Assembly (NCBI GenBank): GCA_036172245.1
Contig: JAYWIR010000042.1
Location: 1,612,001-1,676,000 of the forward strand
Direction of reading: 5' to 3'
Source: Raillietiella orientalis
Taxonomy: Eukaryota
Length of the DNA stretch: 64,000 nucleotides
Part shown: piece by piece, positions 48,548-62,009 of the stretch
How the letters are laid out: each line of letters begins with the position of its first letter
Numbering within the stretch: the stretch's first letter is position 1
Made by a program: the position numbers and the translations under genes
Notes under the pieces: model-generated
Told to the model about the DNA's origin: nothing
Databases searched by the model: none
What the model saw: only the letters and a program-made list of their open reading frames with translations

Positions 48548-51500
48548 TTAGAACCAAAGAGAATCGTCAGTTTCATCATCTTCATGTGACTGCTTATCGG
48601 GATTGGTGTCCATCTCTTCATCTGAATCACTTACTTGTAGGTCACATTTCACATCGTGTGTCTGCTTTGCTCTGTATGGAAACTCTTGCAATAAAAACTC
48701 AGATGGGTCATAATTGGCATCTATCCCCATTCCTTCTCCACAAACAGTCGAGGAATGTTTAAAGAAATTTATGAAAATACCTGGCTGAATTTCCTGGTAA
48801 TAACCAATTCCTTGGGATACAGGTTTAGGTTTTCCTGATTCTGTATCTGAAGTGAAAGAAGTGCCTTGTTCTTCCTCATCAGTGAAGTCTGAATTTTCAG
48901 GTGTCAGTTGCAAATCTTTAAAGAAAGTAATGATAGTCACAAATGCTTTTATACACCACCTTCATCCAAAAGATTATCTTGTAAAGCTCCTGAACTTGTA
49001 TCACCCACATCTCCTTCAAGCATGGAACTGTTATGAAAACTCTCTTGATGACCATGTTCATTATCAATGAATGTTGGAGAATACTGCTCTTCTTGAGTAA
49101 GTGATGTTTCAATAGACTCCTCATCTGCTGCTTCCAGTGCTTTTTCTTGAGCTAACTGTATATTTTCTTCTAGTTGATTTAGATGGTCCTCATACTAAAG
49201 TGGGAAGATCACAAACAAATCTGTCATCAAATGCTGACCTCTGCTAATGTATCTCGGCAAACTTGTACCAATTTCTCTGCTTTGCGAGTGAACTCTGAAT
49301 CTCTTCCATTGTATGTGACGCTATTTTCATGTATGAGTTCAATGTCATGAATGAAATCTGCTCGGTTGTGGTAATGATGACCTGCCATATTCACATTTTA
49401 GCACACTGGAAACCAAACACACTCACTTTTAATATTTTTGGCTATAGTCTCTAAATCCATTGGTTCCTTGATGATGTTGTAATAATCTTTAACATTTTTC
49501 CTGTTCACAGGTTTCCAGAATGGATATGATTCTGTCATGGCTTTAATTTTTGAATTGAGAATGTTGTCCAAGATGTATGTTAAGGCCACCTGGTCATCAT
49601 CATCCAACAAAGGATTGATAGCCTTCTCCAATCTCATCAGTCGATCTTCTTTTTCAGCTAGACGCTCCACACATACATCTAGCATCTTTCTGGCATTCAA
49701 TGTTAAGATACTTTTTGCACCTGGAAGAAATGACTTTTTATCTGCATGTTCCTGTTGCTACTACCATTGTATAGGGTGCTGTTTTCCACAATTTGATTGA
49801 CATCACCAAGGAATTCTTCCCGGGACTGATACTTGCGATTATGCAAATTTTTACGTATTGTTTGTAAATCCATTGGACGTGCCACTATCTTATAATAGTC
49901 AGGAACTGCTTTAGCATTTACTGGGAAGAGGAATGGCTGCACATCAGGGAGATCCCTCATATCATTAAGGATGGATTCCAGTATGGTAGATAATGTCACT
50001 TGTGGGTCAATTCTTTGTCTGTTTGCAGGTCGCTTCTATAAATTCGTTGGCGTTGAGATACGATACCATCACTTACGTGTTTTTTCAGGTAGTCACAATG
50101 TGAGCTTTCATCGCTAGCTGTTCGTAATCGTTTCTTTTTTACATTCATTGCAGCCTTTGGAAATTTCAGTAGAAGTGATTTTCTTTTGAGTTCTTCTGCA
50201 TGCTACAATGGATAATTCAAAATAAATTTTGAGCACCACCAGATTCAACTGCTAACCTTGATCAATGTTGCTGACAACTTCACTTTTGTACCATCAACAT
50301 TTACCAAACCTTCATCACCAAGATTCATAATATCCTTTTCCATTTCATCTTCCTGTTCTTCTGTCATGGCTACAGGTACAGAAGGCAAAGGAGCCAATGG
50401 TTGATACAGGGGACATGCTTTGTTGGTACGCATATGACCTATCTGCCCACAAGCACCACACTTCAATTTGAGATCTGGTTTGATTTTGGGTTTTTTTTTT
50501 TTTGGCTGTGTAAGCCCTAATTTCTCTTTCTCCTGATTTCGCTTGATTCTTCTAAGTTGTTCCTGTATCCTTCTTTTCTCCTTTTTCATTTCTTCTTTCT
50601 GATGCTCATCCAAGGTCCCAACAAACTGTTTAATGAATGCTTCATCTTTGGTCATTCGGATGCGCACGTATGCATCAATTATAGCTGGGCGACGTACTGT
50701 CTCCACACGGACGTATTCTTTGCCTTCCGTATTACGAAAAGTACGAAATATCTTTAGTTTCTTTCCTAACATGGCAAATTACAAAATACTAAATGAAGTC
50801 ATGCAAACCTTGAATGGAGCCCAAACTACTCAAAGATGCATTTTCATCTGCTTCCTCCTTTTTTTTCTCCCTTCTTTTCCTTTCATCTTCTGATGCCATA
50901 TCTCCTTCCCTCATGAGCATTTTCTTCAGTTCTTGTCTTTCCTGTTCCTCACGTTCATGGGACAACTGATGCAACATTAGAACGTACTCCTTTCATTCAC
51001 GACCTACCTGAATACTAGTCTTCTTGTTTGAAAGCATGCTTTCAATATTTTTCCCCATCTCCTCAATGTCGGAAATATCTTCCTCAGTTGTGGACCCTTC
51101 ATCAGTACTCAAAACCTCATCTGATGCTAATACTTTATTTTGCAAATCAAATATCCTTTGACATTCTTCTTTATATCTGTATCCAATGTAAAACTGCTAT
51201 TATATGTACCCAGTTACCTTTCTTGATGTTCAGCAATTGAAAACCTATTTCCTCTTGAAAATTTGGTCATCCCTTCTTCTCCAGCTTTAGCTTTCTCTGT
51301 GGATAATGTGCGCACTACATCAATCACTTCCCAGCGTGATAGTTTTTTGATCTAGAATTTCAAGTGAAATCCACTACAAATTGGGGTATCATACTTCTTC
51401 TTCTGGTACACCAAACTTTCTGAGCAAAGCTTTAGCATTATTCAAGGATAGACGTCTGAGATCAGCATCAGTACCAGTCACAGTTCTCTTAGGTTGCTGT

Positions 51501-54500
51501 TCTACCTCTTCTTTACTCTAAAATTAACTCAATGAACAACAGAACATATTTTGCTACGTTTTACTTGTGGCTTGTTTGGTACACGAACATATGAAAAACC
51601 TTCTCCAATTCCAGTTGGATCAGCAGGACCTGTAAGCTGGAGGAGGCATTTACCTTTAGCAGCTTGAATATATGCTCTTGATGTATTCCATGGTGCTACT
51701 TTGATCTCATCATCCATTTTCAGCTATCAAACAATCAATACATTAGTCTAAATGAACCAAAAGCCTTCACCTGCATATCTTCATCATCTTCATCTTGAGG
51801 AACAAACAGGAATTTTTCCCCATAACCAGCATCTTTCAGGCGTTGCTCAGATGCTATCATACTGAAGTAAGCACAACATTGTTCTGGAGAAACCATAGTA
51901 CGAATTTCATCCTCGGTAGGCAAACGGAAATCTGGCTTGATGACCCACCAATTCTGATCCATCCCTACTCAGCAAATAAAGTAATTCCAAAATCAGTTAG
52001 AACCTGTTCTCTTGAAATCAGCACAGAGTTTAAGCCTCTTACGAATGCTACTCTCTGAATGGGCTGGGAATGCTTTTCGGATCTCCTCCATTTTTATTCT
52101 GCGAGGATTATCTTTACTTTTCCAAAAAAGTCGATAGATAAATACCTGAGATAATATCTCGAGTTAATTCTGAGCCTAAGAAAACAATTCTTACTTGGAG
52201 AAAATCCCGAACGAAATTATTCGCTCTCTTTGAATTTGGACCAGGTACTTCATATAAAGGGCATTCCTGCCCTACAACATATAGCATGTTCACTTCTCGA
52301 ATAGCATACATATTTCTAAAGACAGGAAGATTAATTACTATTAGGAAGATACTCACCTTGTGCGAATGATTAAAAAGTCAGTCTCTCTCCACTTATGTTC
52401 ATAAAGTGGAGCTCGATACATCACGTTTTCAATGGCTTGAATACTCTGTCCTGGATGCAGTACACCCAGAAAAGGAGATGTATGGGCATATGCTGTCTCT
52501 CCATATGCATATCCTGGTGGACCTTGGTCATTACTAGCTTTACGTTTATAGTAATTCTTAATCTTGCTGCACATGCCCACTTGGGAAATCAGAGGAGGAT
52601 GCTCTTCACAATATTCCATCAGAATAAGATCACCGTCTTTTCCTGTCAAATCTGTAGCTGTTCTCATGAAAAACATTTCTCCTCCTCCTGATGCTAATCG
52701 TTCTTGTTCTCTCAACTGAAATTCAACAAGTCCCGCATAAGAACTGCACTGATGTCAGCATTACTTTGGCTTTTCGTCGAATATCTTTTTGCAAAGGGTT
52801 AACTGGATGTGGTCCTGGAGTTGAAAGTGGTCCATATGAATAACGTTTCAGCCCTGGACGATGAAAATTACGCAGTTTCATCGGTCCCATATGTGTGGGC
52901 AAAAATGGAGCTTGAAGTTCAACAACTGGAATGGAGTGTTGAATCAAATTTCCTCCAACGCTGGTCTTGAGAGATGGTTCCTAAAACCAAAATCCAAAAA
53001 TTCCTAGAATGTCGTTTTCCTACAGTTTTTGGTTGATAAAACTCATCATTAGAAATATTGAAAGGATCTTTGTCTGGAGATTTTGGTGGTGGTGGTGGAG
53101 ACTCTTCCTCAATCTGTGTAATTACACCAGCTTTGCCAAGCAGTAATCTGTAATTTTTATTTATAAAATTTCGAGTTTTCAAGGGGTACTACCTTGATTT
53201 TTTCACATGGGGATGAGGAATTTTTACTTTGACAGGTTGTGTCTCGTTAGGCACTGAGCTGGGATCAATATCATCTGGAATGCCAAGAATGATATTTTCA
53301 TCATTAGGATCCAAAGTGACAATCCTGGGTGAAGGGATTTTCTCTGGGTTCTGGCAAGTACACAAATGATGAAACTGAATAAAGGAAAAAAAAAAAGCGT
53401 ACATCAGCATCCCAGATGATATCATTCTCCCATTTTCCATAAACTAATTCATCATTTTCAACTGGAAAAATGGAATACCAGGTATCATCAGCAACTTCTT
53501 CACCTCCATGAGTACTGGACGAGGACTCGATTTAATTTAACTACTGAAATTTACTCACCCACTAGCAGCATTTTTCCCTTTTGCAGGTGCATTAGTTGCT
53601 GATCTAACACTGCTAAGTGACTGTGTACCACAAGCTGGCAAACCAACACTTTTGGATGGTTGACTAAAAGTTTGGGCAGTTCTGTTTAAGCTGCTTGGAA
53701 CCCAACCAGCGACATTGTTGCGATTATTCAGTTTCTGCATGACCTGAGATACGTGTATTTGGAATGGGATTCCCATGATGCACCCCAACTTTGTGCTTAA
53801 TGTCTTCTCCATTCCAAACTATGTCGTCTTCCCAGCTCAGCTGTGTGACCATGAGAAAAGCATCGTCAGGAATGGAGGGATTTTCTGTGGAACACAATTG
53901 TTGCAAATCAAGGGTTTCTTGATCTGGTTTCTTCTCAGTCTCCTGAAAGTGAATTTGAAGAAAAAAAGCTATCTCGTACTCACCTTGCGTTTCCAAAATC
54001 CATAATCAAATCCTTCGCCATTTTCAGGAACTTCTAACATATCATACCAGAGCTGTGCAGGACCATAGCGCCATTCTGTAGGATGACTTTCATTAAATCC
54101 TCCATTTGGAAATTCCGATGAGATATCTCCATTTTGAGATTCCAGAGGGCGTAAAAAACGAACCTAGAAATACATAAATAAAGTACACAAGAAAAGTTGC
54201 ATTGGTAATACTTCATCTTCGGTAGCAATCATGTCTGGAGTGGGAGGAAGTCCAAAATCCAATTCCCATTCGGAACTGAATTTCTTTTGATCACTGCCAT
54301 CTTTTTCAAGTCCTAATCCTTCTCCTTTTTTTTTCTTCCGCTTCTTCACACCTCTCCAAATCTGTGGCAAGCTGTTTGTTTTTCCAAGACCAAATAATCG
54401 TGAAAAGCGCAACACCTTGGAATTTTTTATAACACCTATGAAAACATAATTTTTTCTTACTTTATTATGTCGAAATTCCGGAAATAACTGTGTCACATCC

Positions 54501-55151
54501 ATATGTGCATATTTGGAAGGCAACATGGCTGCTAGAGGAGTGTTAAGTTTTTTTTTATTTGCATCCAATGCATGAACTCTGTCTTGATTAATCTCAGCAT
54601 TTATGCAATCAAGGTGCTTATTGGACTGAAGAAGTCCTGACTGCATAGCATGTAAAGAGTGAAATCTCACATCATCTGTGCTGTTAGGAACATCTGCTAC
54701 TCATGCAAAGGAAGACTTAGAATAAGATTTCAGATCATAACTTACAGTGTGTTTTATGATCATCAAGATTTACATCTTCTTCTTTGGCAAGCTCAGTAAT
54801 ATCGAAGAAATCCTCTGCTGAAGGAGACTTTATATTTTGATCTACAAATTAGAGAACACAATATCTTCATTTTCTGTACAGTAAATTTATACCATTGTCA
54901 AACTGACTCTCATCTTCACTTGTTGAATTCAGTGTACAATCATCCACTGATTCAGCTTTGTCATTTATGACTTGCAAAAATGATCCCAATCCAAAACGAC
55001 TTAAAGATTTCAAATGCCTCTTAGAGTCTTCATCAAAAATTTCTTCTTCCAGTTCTCCTGATTGATTCACATTTCCAAAGAGGAAACCTGTAAGATTGAA
55101 TTGTTCTTCCTCATTATCGGGAAGATCAAATTCATCATCACTATCTGCCAT
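48548..55151 (-). CDS. TAF1: Transcription initiation factor TFIID subunit 1
   Basis: More than 20 short GT-AG introns. [36 protein letters not shown]; central domain ([46 protein letters not shown]); zinc knuckle [19 protein letters not shown]; two bromodomains (PFLFPVN..PDYY..PMDL; PFWKPVN..DYY..PMDL); acidic tail ending DSLWF*. Confidence 0.97.
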
Positions 55152-57999
55152 AATATGAACTATTGAATTTCACTTCAATACTGATGGCTCTTTCTGAAAC
55201 TAAAAAATGATCAATACAGCATCAAATTATTTCCAAGCTATGATACATATAATACATGTAATTAATACAGGTAAACTTAAATCCTAGTAAACACGTTTGG
55301 CAATTAGAGCTCATCAAAATTAATTCCCTTACGGCATTTCACAATTTTAATTTTAGAAGAATCATGATTTACCAAGGAATTTTCAGTTTCTTTTCTTTCT
55401 CTTTCAAGTGAATTACATTAACACAAAAATACTATTTCTTAGCAGTGCATTAACTAATTTTATATTTTCATCATTGAAAACATAAGTACTTCAATGATTT
55501 CCCCTCCCTCTCCTAAAATTAATGAGTTGGATAAATGGGCCACAAAATCTCTGGCCTAAGCATGAGCACTGATTTACATGGATTATATTGTATGTATGAT
55601 GTTAAAGATTTATAAGAATTTTTTTGTAAAAATTCTCTTTTGTAAAAAAAGTAAGATTCATCCACTAGCACCAAATATGCTTATTTAGCAAAGGACCTCT
55701 GCTTGATGTTTTTTTTTAAACTATTCTTTTTATTAACTGCATTTCATATTAGTTTTCGTATATCGAGTTACCACTGAATCCAATTCAGATCATACATATG
55801 TGTAAAGCCTACTTATGATTGTTCAATAATGTATATACGATTCAATTATTTGTCATCCAAAATCTTAAAGAGGGACAATGGCCTGCAAGTGGGATTTCTG
55901 TACAAGTCTATTTTCATTTTGTATTGGTCATGTTTTTCTCTCTGTGAGAGCAAGAATGTTCTCTCAATTAGGAATTTATGTAGCATCATGGTTACATTGC
56001 TATGCTACCTTGATTTGGATGACAATTATGCTCACTGGTGGAAACTATTGTTCAGGCAATCACAAAAAATTTCAGAGGCATTGTTTTACATCACAAAAAT
56101 GGCTACCATAAAATTGACAAAAACGTACCCTCACCATTTGTAAAAAAAAACGCATCCTGGATTATTAAGAGCAAAAGTACTACATTATGTTAATTGAATG
56201 CACAAATGCAAATCAATAACCATTCGGATTTATAAGTTCAGTTTAATATTTCTTACATTAGTTCAGATAATTGCTAATATTAGTGGATTACCTTTCAATA
56301 TTTGCTGTCAATGTAGCAAGGTTAACTAAACTACTTTTTGTGAGCAGAATAGATGAATCTAATAAAAACCTTGGAAAACAACACATCATGTACTTTGAAA
56401 TTCCAGAAATATTAAAATTAACTTGACATTAGCACTAATTAATTGAACACAAATAACACACTGTGTGCCTAGAGTTGGATACAAGAAAATGATACACAAC
56501 CACAATACAGTAGTGTTCATGAACATGCACTCCTTCATTCAAAATACTTGATAATATGAAATGTATCAATAAAGGGTCGATCCAATGGAGAAAATAACTT
56601 GAAAACGAAAACATACTGTTGCACAGTTAACTTCAACAAAAACAAATATCCGTCCCCGGAAGACTTATAAATAAGGAAAACGGTAAATAATATACCTTTT
56701 GTGAATAATGACGTTAATCGAACAATGTAAATGTACAAAGTATGCCATTACATACCACATTTTTTTTCGACTTACATGTTTTTTCGCACTCCAAGAATTC
56801 CTCAATGCTTGTGCACATGTCAAAATAATGGGCATTCTAAATTTTTCAATAAAAGTTCTTTTTTATAAAAAAAAAATACTACTGGTTCTTGCATTCAACA
56901 AATCTCTTGATACGTTTTTTCCACCCTTTGAATGCAAGAATTCAACGCTACACTACTTTCTGCAACGTCCTCCATCATTAGTTTTCTATGTTCCAGAATC
57001 TGTACTGAACAAAAATATCAAACCTAGTTTTTCAGCGTTCTCTCTTTTCTTTCTGATGGAAATACACTTTAAACAGGGTTAATAAATCTGAGCACAATAC
57101 AGAAAAAAAACTTGTTAAAAGGTTCGGCTTGATGTTCATAATACTTCAAGCAGATCCGCTCCCTCCACAAGAAACCTTGCCGTACTGAAGTCACAAATAC
57201 GATGTACATGATGTCCTTTCTGGAGATCTGCAGCATTCGCTAATGCTGCACACACATGTTATCACCAGCCAACAAATATACAAAGCTAACTATCACGAGG
57301 CAAATCTCAATAAACAGTTTTCCTTAATAAGAAAGACCAAATTTTGAAAAAAGTATTTCTGTACAATTTCAACTTGTAGTCCTATGTTATTTCAAAAAAC
57401 GAAACTCATTGTTACTCATTCCACACATGACAGAAAAAACGTTTGTGAACAAATAAATTGCAAATAGTTTTTGAACTTTTAACAAAACAGGGTCTCGTTA
57501 ATATAAAGTTTGAAATGCACTTTACTTTGGATCCCAATATCACGTACCTATTGATCTCATTTTCTGCTATTATTTCCAATGCAATGTAAATGAGCAAATG
57601 AAGTCATTCGTGTACAAAATTCCAGATGGGAAAAAATTGAGTGCACTAAAATCTGCAAGTAATTTCTGTTCAGCTGCAAACGGAACCACATAAGTTAAGA
57701 ATCACATGTAGATCCTCCTAAAACAATTAATTAGAAATTTACATATCATACATTAAAGCAGAAAAACTGAAAGGTCTGAACAGATTTGTGTCTTAGATGA
57801 ACATTGCATATCTTACCACTAAGCTTGTTTTCACTCTAAATTTAGTAACACGTTTATGCAAAAACATACATTTTCAATTGTAATGCTCAGCAGTTCACCA
57901 TATAAGAATGTATAATGGCAGTGATTTGATTTATCCTGGAAGGCTCATTAGACTTCTTGCAGATGATTTGATATCAGAAAGTGATGTGAAAATTCTTTA

Positions 58000-60180
58000 A
58001 ATACTTTGCTTGAATCTTTAAGAACAGATGCGTGAGGAAAGAAGCGGTTTTCTATTGTTCCTGAGATGCAGCATAACGTTACGATCACAGAAGCAGACGA
58101 GAGACCGTCTCTCGAGAAGAAGCGACGCAGCAGCTCATGCAACGTTGTCTTTAGGATGCAGAAGCGCCCTTACGACCGACGGAGGACACTGCTGTTCATC
58201 ACCAGGTGCGAGGGCGATCCGATCGTCCCCGCATCTGCTACACTCCTCAGAGATGCTGTCCCTCGTGACGTGGTGAAAGCGATCGTTGCAGGGTGGATCC
58301 CAGTGCAAGAAGAGCATACCGCCATGTTGACATCTGGAGGGGAGCCCCACGGAAGTGTGCAAGCACAGGGGTGGGGAGGCGGTCCTTCTGGGGGCACATT
58401 CAAAGTTTCCGTCCACTGGAGCAGTCCTTCTTCTGGAAGCAGGGCGTAGTCGTGTAGGCCAGCACTTTGGATGTGCACCCAACAAGGAGTTTCTTCACTC
58501 CTGCGATGGCACAGAGGAACTTCCACCTTGCCCGTAGGCAACTGCCATTTCTTTCCCATAGGTAAGACAGCACCGCGGCGAAATCTGTGGCCGAATTCTT
58601 CCGCTCTTCAGTGATCTTTGCAAGGACATCCTACCGAACCGTTAAACCGGCACTAGTCTTCCGGGTTGGTGCTGGTCAAGCGGGCCCAGGTATCCGAGGA
58701 TTCCTGCTGCCAGGCACGAAAGTTCAGAGGCGGCAGGAGATCTACCCATTGCTTTCCAAAAGAGAGGCAAGCTGCTTCAGAGGGAGACAAAACTTTCATT
58801 CAAACCCAAAACTTTCATTACTTTCCGGTTGCGTGGGAATAGGGATGCAAGTCACTAGCAACCGGTCGTCCGTCGCAGAATGTGGCGAGTGGGAGGCACC
58901 ACTACTGGTTCCATGTCCTGTCCATGGAGGGTAATCTTCTAAAGTGGAACTCCAGCTCTACCCTCTTCAATGTCAGAATGCCGATCCCGGCATCCCTACG
59001 AGGGGCAGCAGGGTCACTGAGGCGGACTCGTGCCTCTAGATGTCCAAAAGGACCTTCTCCAGTAGTCCGTAGACTTTTTGTGTCGCTTCAACGGGAAGGA
59101 AACATATAAAAAGAAAGGTTGGGAGGAAGGAGGCATCAAAAAGGATTCCAGTTGGAGACCCTCTCGGGCAGGAACAACCTACCTTCAAGGGACAGGCCAA
59201 AAACCTTTTCTGCTTTTTAAAGACAGCGGGACCGCACTTCTGCTGCGCAGAAGTCTCTGACGGGCACGCCAAGGTACTTGAAGTGCTTTCCCATGGGAAT
59301 CTCCAGGCGGACATGGTCGAACTACTTCTATACACGACGCTCTCATGGGGACGACTATGCAATCCGTCCCATATCCGTTCCCATTTCCGTCCCATGAGTG
59401 CTTCCTGGTGGATCATCTCAAAGTCCTAGAGGGGCGCCGCCGGTGTAAATATGGGAAGCAGGAGAAGCAGGACGTCCACATAGGGTGCCATGTTCACATA
59501 GGGTCACATAGTGTGCATGAGCAGGGCATCGGCAGATCGGCCAGCGTCAGCCTTTTCGTTTTCAGCGATCAAGTCAAAGAAGTTGCTGGAGAGCATGGGT
59601 CTCAGGTTGTCCCCTTGCCTCTGCACAAAAGCACTCCTAACACGCGCTTGCCTCGAACAGAGTGCTCTTTGTCGCTGCTCTGTGCACGGAAAAGTTTTCT
59701 CGCCAAGTGGTCGAGTGTACAGATTCCATGGTGGTAAGAGGCACCAGTGCCTGACAACATCACCAAGAAAGGCTAGGGAGATGAGTTCAACTTGACCTCG
59801 ACCAATGGAAGTAGGGGGAGTCCACCCCCGTGCAACAGACTTCCGTGGAAGGAAGGAAATAGAACGCTGCGGTTCTTGCTCGTACAGCAGCCGTCACAGC
59901 TGAAAAGAAAGTTTACTTGGCTGAGGGACACAACCCAAGTCTCTTCTGCAAGGTAGGCCGTCTCCACTCACAAACTGCGCACTCCTTTGGAAAAGAACTG
60001 CGCAGAATCAATGTCACAGAGGACGAGCTCGCAGGACAGCCCATTCGTGGTGGGAAGGAGGGAAGATCGTGGAGCGGACCTGCAAGGATTTTGGCCAAGC
60101 TTAAAAACCTCTATTCAGGTGGAAGACCGTAAACTCCTTCCAGTGACAGTGGACCGCTCGATGGTGATTCACCGTCACTG
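58000..60180 (-). mobile_element. Decayed L1/Tx1-like ORF2 (RT and C-terminal zinc finger)
   Basis: Motifs in the expected order on the minus strand: AKILAGPLHDLP (about 60095), RQGDNLRPML (about 59620; cf. RQGDPLSP), PYVDV (about 59485; cf. YADD), NDRFHH..CSRCG..HL (about 58290-58200). Confidence 0.65.
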
Positions 60181-60199
60181 TCACTCTGCGGATACCTAA

Positions 60200-60900
60200 A
60201 GATGCCTCATGCAGAAATTTTGAAAAATTCCTCACCGTCCAAGCTCTTCGAGCAAAGCCCAAGCCCTTTCGAGGGCTTCGGAAGGACGTTCAGTCGCAGC
60301 CTTGCCACAGCGCGAGTCACGGAGGGCGAACGCACGTGGGTCTCTCCACAAAATACACATCAACGAAGAAATCGGGCATTTGTGGTATGTGGGAAACCCA
60401 AATACTGGCCACTGCAGTGGTATGAGAACGCAAAAAAAAGGCCATCGCAAAAAAAAGGCTCCCGAACATCCGGTGCAACCTCTGTGGTGCAAACGCGCAC
60501 ACCAAGAGAGTGTGTCCGAAAAAGACTTTCCGCGATGCAGCCCGCCTGCGACCATCCAAAAGCGCGCAAAAAAAAACAAGAAAGAAACGGGAAAACTAGT
60601 AGAAGAAGGGATGATTCTGCAGCCAACGACGGAGACCGCGCAAGAAGCCTCGGCAGAAAAAAAGTGAATCGCAGAGGCAGAAAGCAAAGAACCCGGCTGG
60701 AAAAAAGGATTCATGGAATCAAAATGAAGAATAGTAAAAAGAAATGCGAAACCTGGCCAACAGATCTTGCTTGGCGAGAGAATCAGCGACCGCATAGCCG
60801 CCACCGTCCGAGCGAGTCCTTGCCGTCCAGCAGGTCAGTGCGGTTGAACCCGCCTCCGCCGAACACGTTTTTCCTCCGGGACTCCTCCGGTACGTTTTCT
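60200..60900 (+). mobile_element. L1/Tx1-like ORF1 fragment with CCHC knuckle, copy 1
   Basis: IHINEEIGHLWYVGNP followed by IRCNLCGANAHTKRVCP (C-x2-C-x4-H-x4-C) at about 60468-60518. Confidence 0.65.
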
Positions 60901-60999
60901 GCGTTTTAGTGTGGTGCTGTGAAGACCTAGCGGTGTTCCAATGGCAGAAATGCTAAGGAGGGTCATGGGGAGGGGATTTCCTCTTCCCTCCGGCCATGG

Positions 61000-62000
61000 A
61001 ATTTTGGGCTGCTTCATCTTCATCTTCAGCCATTGCAGAGGAAGTCTACGCATCCGAACAGTACAATCTGGATCTACTTTACAAGGTATTCTATGAACAC
61101 TGAGCTCTCCTTCGCGAAGGAGCTGCTCGGAACAAATGTGCAGAAGGAAGAGTTCGCGATTCGTAACGAGAGACAGCTCATGGAGCTGACCTGCAAGGAT
61201 GTAGGTCTTGCTTAATATTGCTGAACACTCCTGTCAATATCAAGGATCGTAAATTTTCCCCAGTGATATTGCATCGCTCGTTGTCCACCTCACGGGGATA
61301 ACACTGCGCATGGCAAAAACACCCCGTGCGTAGTGGATTGGAAAATTTGGAGCCTTCCAAGATCTTTGGACAAAGTCCAGCCCTTTTGAGGGATTCAAAA
61401 GAGTGTTTACTGGACTTGCCGCAGATCGAGTAACGATCAATGAAGGTGGTGGGTTGCCTTACAAACTTTAGGTTGAAGGAGAATCCATCGATGAGGGAAA
61501 ACCCGAATGCTGAGGAATCCACCTGTCGAAAACACATCAATCCCCCTCGCAACAGCACCAGTCACCTCGAAACAAGGTGCCTGAGAATACAGCGCTTGCA
61601 GCGTGGGTCTCGGAGGCACACGGAAAAAGTGCGGCCAGAGGAAAATCTCTGCGACGCGTTTGTTGGAAACAGCAATAAGGGCTCATAAAAAAAGGGGTGG
61701 TGGTGGGGGAAACCGGAAAAACCCGCACAATAAAAAAGAAATTCCAATCTGCAACCAGTCAAAAAGGCCACTCAGACCTCCACGGCAGGAAAAAGTGGAA
61801 GCCTACGAGAAAACAAGCGAAGAGCATGGCTGGCAGCAGATGAGAAATGAAAGGAGGAACCTTACCGAAAGTGTTAATAAGGAAATCACCAAACGCGAAG
61901 GTAAAATGCTCCACCGTTCCACTTTCAGCTCCCCGCCGTCGAGCTGTCCAGTGCAACAAGAGTCGCCGTCATCACCGTACCCGACGAAAAAACAAACAGC
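61000..62000 (+). mobile_element. L1/Tx1-like ORF1 fragment, diverged copy 2
   Basis: 61353-61415 aligns with 60236-60300; degenerate knuckle RLQRGSRRHTEKVRP keeps CCHC spacing (about 61590-61636). Confidence 0.5.
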
Positions 62001-62009
62001 TTAGCAGAA

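Noticed and set aside
48548..55151. Non-canonical (GC-AG or AT-AC) introns
   Set aside because: All TAF1 junctions I could resolve, and those of the other genes, are GT-AG.
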